A stretch of DNA of 59,744 nucleotides, the filler included. It is 3 parts of 3 records of this genome, joined end to end, with 100 filler letters (N's around TTAATTAATTAA, not from the genome) between each part and the next. Parts side by side here need not be neighbours in the genome. Positions count along the whole stretch, not along the records: positions 1 to 26,922 come from SRR20825019_3160; 2 more parts are not named here. One strand, given 5' to 3'. The position numbers and the translations under genes are program-made. Under the pieces are notes generated by a model. That model was not told the DNA's origin. It worked only from the letters and a program-made list of their open reading frames with translations, and did no database searches. Shown here piece after piece: positions 1-11,536 of this stretch (position 1 is the first letter of the stretch; every line of letters begins with the position of its first letter).

Positions 1-726
1 CCCCTCATCTTTGCTGCCGCCGTCGCTACCTGCTGGGTCGCCACTGCCTGAGCTATTCCGGCTTTCTTGATACTCATCTCCGCTTTTTTGTATCGATGCC
101 TCCTGCTGCTCAGCCTTCCTTTGTTGCCAGTTCATGAATTCCTCAGCCACTACTTGTGCACTTTTCACTTCGTCGCTCACGCCATTGCCAGCAGCACAAA
201 CTATGAATTGGAAGATATTCGTCTTTCGATCTGAGTCCTTCAATACGACTTCAGTTCCTCGTACAACGAAATGCAACTGTAGGACTTACTTTCTCATCAA
301 CTTGCACGGCATGTGCAAGATCTACCTCCTCTCCAATGCAACGCTCACTTCCCTTCGCATAGGTAGTCACCTTTAGCTCCGCTTTCGGATGGTCACAATT
401 TACAACTTTATACGAAATACACTTCTCCTTATACTCAGTTTTGCGAGACTTTGACTCAGAGGCACACATCGAAGTAATCATCTATGTTTTGATCAGTGAT
501 AGCACACACAAGTCTTGGGGTAGCAACTTACGTCGTTAAGTTCATCATGAATATCATCGAAGGAATCGTCATGTTTCTTAAAGTGTTCCTCCGGGTGGGA
601 GTAGCAGTTGGTGACGTCAAACTTTGAACGAAGACCCAGTTGAGTTCGGGTTTGTAAGCGCACCTGTGCCGCTGAGCACACTGCAGTGAGGGCACACGCA
701 ACCAATAGAATGCCTATCAAGCGCAT
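1..726 (-). CDS. Secreted hypothetical protein, 3'-partial, spliced (introns 482-531 and 238-289)
   Basis: Signal-peptide-like N-terminus MRLIGILLVACALTAVCSA. ORFs 493-738 and 251-481 join in frame across GTAAGT...AG introns of 50 and 52 nt, and the frame stays open to the window edge. Confidence 0.7.
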
Positions 727-1565
727 GACAACTACCACTTTGCCGCCTTTCCAGCGGCATATACTTCACGAGGTTTAGCACTGTGAACTCATGATGCTCG
801 TCAGCTGCCGGCCGGGCCGCTGAAGCGAGAACAAACCATGTGAATCATGCCGCTCTTCGATGGGAGAGGCCTGAGTCCCTCCGCAGCCTTACCCTCTATT
901 GCTGCTGAGGCGCATTGACGGAGGCGCATTGACGGCCACGCCACCAGCCACCACCGGGGGACCGAGTGTGGCGGCCTTATTAAAGTCAGTAGGGCGTGAC
1001 CGCCGCCCCTACGCACGGTGGGATGGATTCTCATACTGAAGATTGGCATTCGATATTGCGGTTGTTTTTTTAAAACGCAGACTACCCTCGATAATCTTAT
1101 AGGGGTTGAAGTGTTCACTTCTTGGGCGAGAGGAGGAAATTTGAACTTCACAGTTGTCCGCTGGCCGCGGCGGGGGGACCCGGGCGGGGGGGCTGGGGCC
1201 CCGGTCACCGTGGTGCACCGTGGGGTGGGGGTTGGCGTTGGTTGGGCCCAGGCCGGCCACACTGACAGCCGCCGGCGGGCCGGGGCTGGCGACGCCGTCG
1301 GCCACCCGGCCCCGGCCGCGGGGGCGCCGTGTGATGAGGCGTTCGGTTGGGCCCGGCCACGCGTGCCGGCTGGGGGCTTAAAACCGCATGAGAGTCCTTG
1401 GCGAGCTCCGATTCGGGCCAGCCGGCCCCAGGCATTTGTTGTGGACACCCCCTACCTAGTGGTGGCTGACCGCTCGCTCTGTTTTGAACGTAGAGGGAGA
1501 GTTGTTCTTTTATATACCAACTCTAGAACAGAGCCAACGTGGTGGAGAGCCTTACCCACGCGAAC

Positions 1566-4500
1566 ATGTCGGCCGCTATGAAGCCTGTTGGCAGCGCCGG
1601 GGACACAGGAATGGCCTCTGACGAGGAGCTTGATGTATTTACCAGGCCTAAAACTGTCAGGCAACGTGTTGTCGGGTCAGAGACAAAGGCTCCCGACTAT
1701 GTAGAGTTCCAGAAGCGAACATACCAAGACATGGTGAAGAAGATCACCTTTGCGGACGAGGAGTGGATGGACAACTATCGCGACTGCCCCTTTTCGTCCT
1801 TGATTAGTTTCTACCAGTTGCTTTCGAAAAGGGTAGGAGTATCGTTGTGGTGTGTTTCCACCAAACTAACCGATGAGTAGTCTGTGTCCACCAAAGGGCA
1901 GAATCCTAACGAAGGGCATCTGAAACTCTTGATTCCGGACACAATCTACTTCGAAGGTGGTCGTGGAAAGTGGTTTTATACTTCCGCAGATGGGTATGTG
2001 CACCGGACAGATAATTTCACAGAGAAGAATGTCATGAGCAGGCTCGGTTCCACAAAGCCCGAGGAGCAGGACCGGCTAGTTGCTATCAATAAGCGTGGTG
2101 ACTGGCAACACCCCAACTGCAATGACGTGCAGCTCCTGAATTCAAAAGATCTTTTGACTTGCATTCAATCCCCGGACGGAAACTTTGCTGTTCAGCGATT
2201 TGTTAAGTGCCGAGGACCCAAGGCATTTGTCTTGCGGGTTGCGTGGTCGAAGACCAAGCCCGCGTATGCATACTCGATAACAAATAAGAGGAGTTTTGAC
2301 GACCCATTGGATGGAGGGGTCAAGGATCTGCGCTCCCGCCTCACAACCTTCACAGGGAAGCATAATCAGTGCTCCATTGTGAAGGCGCAGGGAAAAGCCC
2401 TCAAGGAAACAGTGGAGTTGGTGCGTTGCCTTGGTTGGCCGACTTCTCTTGTTAGGTTCTTACGACTGCTTGCAGGTTGAGCGCATTGTAGAGTTTGTGG
2501 AAAAGCTGGTTCGCCCCCGCATTCAATTTACTGATATGGTGTGCGACTTCTTGAGAGGAGAGGATAATCAATGGTATTTTTTACAGACAAAGGCATTTAA
2601 GCTTGCCCATATTGGTGTGTTGAGGGGTCTTACGGTGAAGCGGATCATGAAGGAGATCGAAGATGACGATGTAGAGGATGATATGGGGGATGAAGAAGAG
2701 GAGAAGGCACTCACTGTTTCTCAAACGATTGGTTACAAAAAACTCACCCGCTGCAAGTCGTGCAACACGGGCTATCCAATTGAGGAGTTATCCTATAAGA
2801 TGACCCTGAAGATGATACAAGAAACGGCTCAGCACTTGCGGCTCCGAGGAAAACATCTCAAGTTCCTCGACCGAACTGAACTGAAGGTCAACGCCGATTC
2901 CTTCCAGTACCAGCACTTCAGAGTGTGCAAGAATTGTTATGAACTGTATCGAACAGAACAGAAGCTGATGGAGGTAGAAATTCTCTTTGCCCGTGCAGTT
3001 GGTATTCCCTTGCATCTACGTGCAATCGAGGGTGATGTGAGCCAAGAAGGCGCTCTTAATGACCGCCCACAGCAGCTTATCCTTTGTAGGCTTCTGACAT
3101 TCTTCCACGAGCTCCACGAGGTGCCCCTCCTAGAGAAGAATGCTTATTCCCTCGAGTACAATCTGTTCGACCAGGTAAGACTACTCTCCTTGTACAAGTC
3201 ATGTTCTAAAATGATCTTGTATAGTCAACCAAGATGCCCGTGGACATGCGCTATGGCTCTATCGTGCCCGTTAACAAACTTCGAGTCTTTTATTTCTTCA
3301 TTCAGGATGAGTTGCACCTGAGGACGTACCTTCTTGAAAAGAAGAACTTGGTGGTGAAGTTAGCAGGTGGAACAGGATCTCGTAAGGAGACCCTTGGGGC
3401 TGTATCTTTGCCATTACAGCAGTTCATTAGTGGTGTGGTTGAGAAGCTGGACTTCTACCAGATATTTTCTTCTAAGAGACTTGAGACCTGCTGTCTGAAA
3501 GCGACGCTGGGTATTGTCCGTGGTCGCACTACGAATGTGGCCAACCTCAACTTGAGGTATTCCTCAGGGGTGTATCTTCCGCCCCCGGACTTCTTTACTA
3601 GCGACCCTCTTCCCGATGAGTGGATGGACATGATTCCATACCAGGCACCGCCGCCTCCCATCGACTTGCCCCAGGATTACTTCCAAAGGGCCAAGGAAAA
3701 AGATGAGGTCGTTGACGCAGCCACGTCTGGCGCCGCTCAAGAGAATTCGGTAAGTTGATCTCTACTCTAACCCTTCTGAATTCTGAAGTCCGTTGTTGTT
3801 TCAGTTGCTCGCTTCTTTCAAGACTGCAAACGAGGAGGAGGCTCAGCGCAGAGAGATGGACGCCATTAACAAGCAGATGGGCAGCTCTCAGCAGCCTAAG
3901 CATTCCAAGCGTCCTTCCATGGAATTCGCTCCTCAACATTCGGTCGACGAATCAATGGAGGAAGAAGCTGCAAGGTAAGAAACTCTGTGCGTTCTGTTGA
4001 GCCTGCAATAACGACTTTTCTTTTGCCCAGGAGCGAGATTCATGCTTGGTGCATGGTTGTAGAGATCCACAGCTTGGAAGATGTCAAAGAAGGAGGGGGC
4101 ACGGACACGTGGGGAGTCAAGACTGAGGCTTTCCACTGCAAATATGAGAGTGAACCTATGCCGGCACCAAAGGTATCGGAATCCTCCTATACCATCAACA
4201 AGTCCCACAAGGTTCATGTTCGTGGCTCTGCGGATAATATTGAGAAGTACTTCAAGGACAATGCCGAAATTGCCGTTGCGATTGCGTCCTCTTTGAACGA
4301 CCGATATGGATGTGCGTACATCAATGTCAGCGATCTGCCGAGCGTGGGAACCGTGGCCGGAACATTCCCTGTGGAGGGTCTTCAGGGTATCCGGGAGAAA
4401 TCCAATCCCGAGGTGTCCGTGTCTGTATACTTGTATCGCATCGGAGCCACAGCTCCATGGGACAAGGAGAGGAGCATTCCTCCCAAGATGCAGGTGGTCC

Positions 4501-4622
4501 GTGAGATTGATCATGGTTTGGAGGTACTCGGTCCCAAGAAGGGAAGCCTGCCTCCTCTTAGTATCGCATCTCAAGACCCCCTCGACGTTGATCAAGACGT
4601 CGACTATCAAGTCATCCAATAA
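1566..4622 (+). CDS. Large conserved-looking hypothetical protein (ATP-grasp-like segment, two CxxC pairs, C2-like beta domains), 6 exons
   Basis: Successive ORFs join in frame across GT-AG introns 1833-1880, 2421-2475, 3175-3224, 3750-3804 and 3975-4030, with an ACTAAC branch point in intron 1. CKSC and CKNC motifs are present. Domain calls are by eye. Confidence 0.75.
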
Positions 4623-4739
4623 ATCGAAATTTATTGAAGGTTGTGAATCCAATCCCTTCAAACAGGGAAACTCATATTTCTCGAACGACAAGTCGGGTAG
4701 GCGTGCCGGAGGCTGGCCGAACAGAAAAGGATATGCCAC

Positions 4740-7149
4740 TCATTTCTTAGACTTCTTCTTAAAATAGAAATCTCCCGAATCAAACTCCGGAACCATATCA
4801 CGGCCAGCTTGGAGTTTCCTCTTGTTTCTTGGCTGATCCATGTCCCTTCTTGGATCTCCAGCTTCTCCACCGAAGTTCCTCTTCATGTTCTTCTTAGTTG
4901 GTTTGGTCTTGAAGTCTTTCCGCTGGGACTGATTAGTGCGTCCCAACTGCGAAGGGGTCTCCTTTAATGCAAAGCTCTTTGCCACATGCCCAAGATGGAG
5001 CTGTTTGACCTGAAAGCAACAGTGAGAATCGCAGACAATCAGCATTCCCTGGCCTTACATGAAAGATGTCTTTCATTTCCTTGCCATAAGTGGAATATGC
5101 TCGCGAATAGGAGTTGAACGCCTTCTTCGCTAACTGGTGTAGCTCGGGAGTCTTGCTGACCTGCATCTCCAGTCCATTCAACAGGTATGATGCTGTCGCT
5201 AGTTTAGAAATATTTGCAAAATTAGTGGCACTTTTCATACCAAGAGCCACAACGTCAGGTCTTTTCTTTTTTTCTCCCGGCCGTTTCCGCCGGTCCGAGG
5301 TTTCGGTCATTTTGTTGATGGAATGGAGGAGATCTTCATGTTCCAAGCAGCGCAAAACCATTTGTGGGTGTTTTTGAACAATCCTGTCAACGTACTTGGA
5401 TTCCGATTCCATCAAGAAGAGGAGGGCGTTCCCTTTATGGTGGATCCGAGCAGTCCTTCCTACCTAATCATATGTGCCGTATTAAATGTAGTTCTACATG
5501 TCATTGACACCACTACTCACCCGATGAATATATTCCGCCTCGTTCATTGGTGGATCATACTGAACAATCCAATCCACAGCAGGGAAGTCAAGGCCACGGG
5601 CCGCCGCATCCGTACACAGCAGTACACCATGGGTTGCCTTAACAAATGTTTGAAACGTTTCGGATCGGTCGACTTGGGGCATGTTCCCATGCAGCTTAGA
5701 AAACGTGATGTTGTTGAGCAGAAGGTCTCCCTTGGCCTTTCCTTCCTCATCATTATCATCCCCATCCTCGTCTTCGTCCGGAGAACTGCCAGGCTTACGG
5801 GCATGGCTGAGAATCTCGTAGTGGAAGTCAGCGGAGTCACAGCTAGACACAAATACTATGATTTTGCACTTGGTTCTGATAAATCTAGTTAGCGTGACAC
5901 AAATTTGCAGAGGGTGCTACGTACCCTGAGCCACATTTCCAGTGCAAAAAGCTTGCCAAACATACAAGGCGCTGTTTGCATGGAACGATGCTATACCACT
6001 GAGACAACTCTTTTGGAATCTATGAAGTGGTCCCTCAGCTCCCACGGGTCAGATCTTGTATTCAAGCACCTACCGTGATAACATCCTCACGATCCTCGCA
6101 ATCATCTAGGTCGGCAGTTTTTGTCTTCTTGTCCGCCCCGACTTTCTTAATTTCGGGTAATGCTGCAGTAGTCGCTTCAAACCCAACCTTGACAGGATCC
6201 ATGAGTGAAACCTGCAACAGCACTACATGAGTTTGCCATCATCATTATCATATACAGCCACCCTGCCTTGACAATCCTATCGAACCCCTTCCGCAGAGTG
6301 GCCGACACCAGGGCACAGATGCGGCGGTTCGAGTGATCACGTTTGGATTCGGTCAGGTTCACAATCTCGCATACCACATCCTCAAAACCCATATCGAGCA
6401 ACCTATTGCAAGAGTTAGACCGGATGAGAGCCTATCAACTACTGTATTCCCCGTGCCTATCTGCCTCATCGAAGATTAGCCATTGCAATGGTGTTACGTT
6501 CAAAGCCTGCGTGCTTTTAAGATGGTCAAGCAGCCTGCCCGGAGTGCCAATGAGTATGGTAACACCTGACATACCATCAGTCGGAGGCATCAATAGCATG
6601 CGCCAACTCACCTTTTCTCAGCCTCGCCTTCTCTTTGTGTTTGTCGTTACCTCCCATAACAGAACCCGGTATAAGCCAAATGAAAGGCTTCACTAGTTTT
6701 TGGAGGACTGCCTCGATTTGGATGCACAGCTCCCGCGTTGGGGCTAGGATCAAGGCTGCGTAAAGTAAGCACCACCTAGACTCCATCAAATAGCTGTTTC
6801 ACCAACCATACACGCCGTCACTACGCTGTATTTTTTTTTCCCTGGTTCCAAGGTTTTGAACCATTGGAAGAAGGTAACTGAGAGTCTTCCCAGAACCTGT
6901 AGGGGAACGCACGAGGCTACACACCGAATCAGCGGGGCAAAGAGGTGGAACTGTGCACATACGCGTCCTTTCCGGCAAGCAGAACAGGAAATGCCTTCTT
7001 CTGAACATTGGTAAGATCCTTAATGCTGTGTACGTCTACGGTAACCATTCAGTGCGACATCGAACCAAGCCACCTATGTAGCCACCTCCTAAGTTCTTTA
7101 TCAGCTTTGGATGTAATCCGAGTGCCTCCATTTCTTCCTGACCGGCCAT
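4740..7149 (-). CDS. DDX31: DEAD-box RNA helicase DBP7/DDX31 (ribosome biogenesis), multi-exon
   Basis: Motifs spread over exons: Q motif ([10 protein letters not shown]), [61 protein letters not shown]. The C-terminal [22 protein letters not shown] and EFDSG tail are typical of Dbp7/DDX31. Confidence 0.88.
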
Positions 7150-7337
7150 CGTGTCGTCTGGTCAGAATAGACTCCCTCTAAATAGCAGGGAGGAGACACA
7201 AATATCCATAGGCATTGTACTCCCAGGGCTCTATGTTCAGACAGTGTCGAACAGCCAGCTCCGGCTGCGGTGACCAACTGTGACGGCCGCCGCGGCATGG
7301 TGAACGCACAAAGGCATCGCAGCCCGGCAGGGGGTGG

Positions 7338-7351
7338 CCGGCACGTGCCGG
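7338..7351. promoter_or_regulatory. Perfect palindrome CCGGCACGTGCCGG containing an E-box/G-box (CACGTG)
   Basis: Read directly. Lies in the divergent intergenic region between DDX31 and the secreted-protein gene. Confidence 0.4.
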
Positions 7352-7822
7352 TTTAAGTATCGGGAATCATATTGAACTGAATGGCATCAAGGGCCTTAGG
7401 AAGTCGCTATTTCAGGACAATCCTAACCTTACATGATCCACAGCTTTAATTAATACGAATCTTGCCGATATAGCGAACGATTGAGTAGGGGAGGTCCTCC
7501 TTCACCAGCATCGCCGCGCCTCACCCCGGCCCGGGCTGGTGCGCCCGTCGTGGGGGCGTCTCATCATTCGGCCACGAGTAGGCAGGCGGCTGCAATCATG
7601 ACTGATGATACCGGCAAGCTTGCCTACCGCGAGAACTAGGCCTAACGCCATAACCAAACTAGCCTGACCGGCACGGAACCTTTGGTCTGTAGTAGTTGCA
7701 CAGTGTCTGTTCAGACTGTGGAGATGCACTGATACTTATAATGCAAACTCTCCTGTCGCCAAAATGCGGGAGCAGAGAAGCACAGTTCGGAACGTCTGCA
7801 GTTGATACTCATAACAGCAGAA

Positions 7823-8938
7823 ATGGGACACAAGACGACAGCCTTTCGGGCTTGCGTGTCTCTAACGCTTGTGTTGTTGGTGTTTGTGGAGGTTTCATCC
7901 TGTTGGGATAAGTTAAGGACCAATATACCTCCAATTGCAGCCCCAGCAAAATGGTCAGGTGATAGAAACTTGAAGGAGGCAGACGGAACAACAGAAGTCG
8001 CGCCACCTGAACAAGAACAGGTGGCAGAACCCGCTGCAACCGAGAAAGAAGAGGCAACACAAGTAGCGGAGCCACAGACTGAACAAACTGCTGAGCCAGC
8101 GGCGGCTAGCCCAGCTCCAGCACCGTCAACACCGCCACAAACGGCACAATTAGATGAAGGTGACACGGGATCTGGCAGTCCTGAGCAAGCGCCGGCTCCG
8201 CTAGTGCCTAAACCACAGCCTAACCCTATGGTGACTGAAGCTGCCAAGGAGGCGGCTGTTGCGTCGACGCAGAATCCTGAGTCGATAACGGGACAACCGT
8301 TCACCAATGTCGCTACAGCTAGAAAGGAAGCGGAGCAGGGGGGTATGGTCCATGAAATGACATCGGCTGGCGGGGAGGAGTGGATGTTCTATGTCCCCAA
8401 GCTAGTCAAGAATATGCTCTTGACGGGTCACGCAGAGGCACCACCAGTCCCGCCGGCTTTGCCCGGGGGACCTCCAAATGACGAGCTTTCCGTATTTTTG
8501 AGGTGCAATATTGACATCAATGTTGGATCAAAGACAAACAATCCGGCTGCGTTGCAGCCGGGGTGGTGGGATCAAATGCAACCAAGGTTCAGGGAGTTTT
8601 TCGATGTGTGCGCGGCTCCACACTCCTTCAACACTTTCCATGCCAAAGGGGGGTCAACGGCAATGGTGGTCAATCTTCACACGCACTACCCGCCTCAGCT
8701 GGTAATGAGGAATTCGGACACGGTTCCCTATGTGTTTGTGGAGATTCCTCAGGGGGAAGTTCAAAATTTACCAGGGAACAGATTTCACGGTATTGTCAAG
8801 TGCCGGCAGGTCCCAGGTATCATGGAGGAGCTTATGAAATTGAAGTGGTGTAGCGCTGTTGATCGAATGGGAAAGACCCTAAGTTATGACAAGGGTGATG
8901 ACGCAGACAGCGATTTTAGCAGCTTCAGCTTTAAGTAA
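7823..8938 (+). CDS. Secreted hypothetical protein with Ala/Pro/Glu-rich linker and Cys-containing C-terminal domain (single exon)
   Basis: Uninterrupted ORF. Hydrophobic signal peptide (ACVSLTLVLLVFVEVSS), low-complexity EPAATE/EPQTE repeats, then a globular-looking C-terminus. Confidence 0.75.
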   Translation: MGHKTTAFRACVSLTLVLLVFVEVSSCWDKLRTNIPPIAAPAKWSGDRNLKEADGTTEVAPPEQEQVAEPAATEKEEATQVAEPQTEQTAEPAAASPAPAPSTPPQTAQLDEGDTGSGSPEQAPAPLVPKPQPNPMVTEAAKEAAVASTQNPESITGQPFTNVATARKEAEQGGMVHEMTSAGGEEWMFYVPKLVKNMLLTGHAEAPPVPPALPGGPPNDELSVFLRCNIDINVGSKTNNPAALQPGWWDQMQPRFREFFDVCAAPHSFNTFHAKGGSTAMVVNLHTHYPPQLVMRNSDTVPYVFVEIPQGEVQNLPGNRFHGIVKCRQVPGIMEELMKLKWCSAVDRMGKTLSYDKGDDADSDFSSFSFK

Positions 8939-9124
8939 AGGCCTATGGCATGCAGGTTTGAAGGGATTTCGATTCGTGTCGCGAGGGCCTCTCGCGGGGA
9001 TATGGCAACCACCGCACGGGAAATCACCAGGCCAGGGGTACAGACGCCGGACCACTGTCCGGTCACACGGTGGCTGTCACTCGCCGGGAAGCAGCGCAGA
9101 TACATCATACTCTGCCAAAGGTCT

Positions 9125-10945
9125 CTACGGTGGAAGAGAGAGACCTCTGTAGTCGCTGATGATTTGCTCAATTGATGCAAACACATGAGCAAAGTCATCC
9201 ACGCCAATTCCATATTTTTCGTACTGATGCAAGTATGCCTGCAACATATTAAGAGTCATAACAGCACCATCAGTATCACCCCACCAACCTTAGACTGAAA
9301 CATGGTGCTGGCCCTCCCAACCATTTTGTCCATGGGCCGAAGGATTGACTGAGAGTTGCTAATCAGCGTCGCGCTCTTCTCCATTTTATCAAACTGGCGG
9401 AGAGAATGAGACACCATGAGTGGAGACTTGGTGACCCATCTCGCATACATCTGCATCACACATGGCGTTATCAATAGAAAGTCAGGCCAGCACACCGCAG
9501 GCTCCACACACCCTTTTGTCTGCAAATTCAGTCCCATCAACTGTGTCTGCGACCAGACCTCTCGCAATCACCCAGTTTGCAACACACATGTTGGTGCCGC
9601 GACCAAATCCTCCCTCTAAGAGCGCATCAGCCGCTGCGAAGTTTGACAATAAGATACTCGTACTAGGGTCATTCCACGTCAGCTCGGCATCATTACTGAC
9701 ATCCGTAACAAGCATGCGGTGGAGCCTTTTCATGATATTGTTCCACTTGAATGTAGTAAATGGCTTGTTTTTTGGAGGCAGCTAGGACGAAGTGTCAGTT
9801 TGTAAATAAGCCCTACTTTCTTCCATTAGAGAGTCAAACCTGTGGAATCGCGCGCATCGACAGCATCCTGTACGATTTGTGGGCACAGAGATGCTCGATA
9901 AAATCGGAGGCCACCTCGACATTGCTCTATCGGTTTGTAAGAAGGATGCCCCAGGCCCCAGCCCACTAAACCAGCGGTGCCTACCATGGAATAATGGGGC
10001 GCGCAATCCTGAGAGTAGCGCGATGGCAGCCACATGCTCGCCATCTGTTTACCTACTACGGCGTTCATGTCTTCAAATGTCGGATTTGATATCTCCATGT
10101 TCCTGTTGCAAGTGTTGTTGACGGCGTCATTCTCAACCACCACCACAGCATCGGAGTCCTTGGAGCAACATGAGGCTCTGCAGACCAACCACACCCGCAA
10201 ACCTTACCTCACACAGCGACGAAAGGGTGAGCAGAGAGTTGTAATTCTGCACAATGACCTCGCCGTGGTCATATGGCCAGACTACCTGGTTGACACAGAA
10301 TCCCCCCGCGGGACCCAGTTCATCCTTGAGCGTGTTAGTGATGTAAGCGCCTGGGCATGTCTTAGACTATCATGGTTCAGACCAGACAAATACTACCTAC
10401 CCAGCCCCGAGCCAGTACCCCCAGCTAGGCTCTGCAGGAACAGATACCCGCCAAACCGGTCGCATTCCTCTACTTCTTTCCTTACGATATCTGTAACCAC
10501 ATCCTTGACCGATGGTCCGTGGACACGGTTTCTGCACCAGGGCAGCTTAGAATTTATTTTCCGACGTATCTTACCAGGCAGCAGCCTCACCCGAAAGCCC
10601 AGTTGTTGCCAGAACCCCCCTGCTTGGAGAACTGTCGTTCGGGATCATATCCCCAGAGTCTTCCTGAGCTCTTGAATGCCTCAGCCACAACCTTCGGCTC
10701 CATGTCCACTAAGATACCACGCGCAGTGGCCTTGCCGCCTCTCCCTGAAGTCATCGTCAGTAGGATATAAGAAGCACGCTCTTGCCCTTCCTTAAAGCCT
10801 TACCCTCCCTGAAAAAAGAGTTGGTCACGGAAGGCTGCTTGATACTCGAGTCGTAGTATTCGTTGGCTAGAGCGTCGAAAAACGCGGCGCCGCACTGGTT
10901 GCCGCATTGCCCCAGCTGGACCACCACGACGGAGGGGGGGGCCAT
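9125..10945 (-). CDS. TUBD1: Delta-tubulin, multi-exon
   Basis: Motifs [63 protein letters not shown], and C-terminal [22 protein letters not shown] characteristic of delta-tubulin. First intron 10745-10803. Confidence 0.92.
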
Positions 10946-11525
10946 CTCCACAAAACTCAGAGCTATTTATGACAATCGATGTATATACTGTCTACTGGGT
11001 AAGCAGCAGACAATAACCAGCGAGTCAAGGCCGGGGCCACGTCTGAAGCCACTCCAATCCATCGGCAGTGACCGTCACAGCGTTGCGCGCGCCGATGGTG
11101 AAGCGGCGTCACGGTGAGTCGCCGGCCTTGTTGGTCATGCTCACCCGTTCTCACCCGTGCACTGGCCGACTGATGCAAACACCGCGGGCCCCGGGCCGGG
11201 TGGGCCCGGCCGGCTCCGCGGTCGGCGTTCCGGGCCCGGGCGACCGGACGGCGCCGCCCGCTCGGGTCCCTCTCCGGGGCGGGCCCGCGGCGCGACCGGC
11301 CCGCGCGGCCCGCCGGGCGGCGGCCGAGCGGGCAGCCACGGTCGGCCGCTCTAGCCGGCCCCCGGCCGGCGCGGCCGGCCAGGGTGACGGCCGCGGGCCC
11401 GGGGCGGGCACCCGGGCCGACTCATCAAGGCTGGCCCAGCCTGTCGGAAGTCGCTGCCGCGCACTGAGTGCCGGCCGGCCCGACCGGCGACCGGCGCTGG
11501 AGCCGGCTCCGCTCAGCGCCCGATT

Positions 11526-11536
11526 TTTGGCGGGAA
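11526..11536. promoter_or_regulatory. E2F-like site TTTGGCGGGAA in GC island upstream of delta-tubulin
   Basis: Reverse complement TTCCCGCCAAA matches the canonical E2F element. The same motif recurs upstream of FAN1. Confidence 0.5.

Noticed and set aside
801..1581. Overlapping ORFs on both strands in the first intergenic region
   Set aside because: Same GC-island artefact; low-complexity translations.
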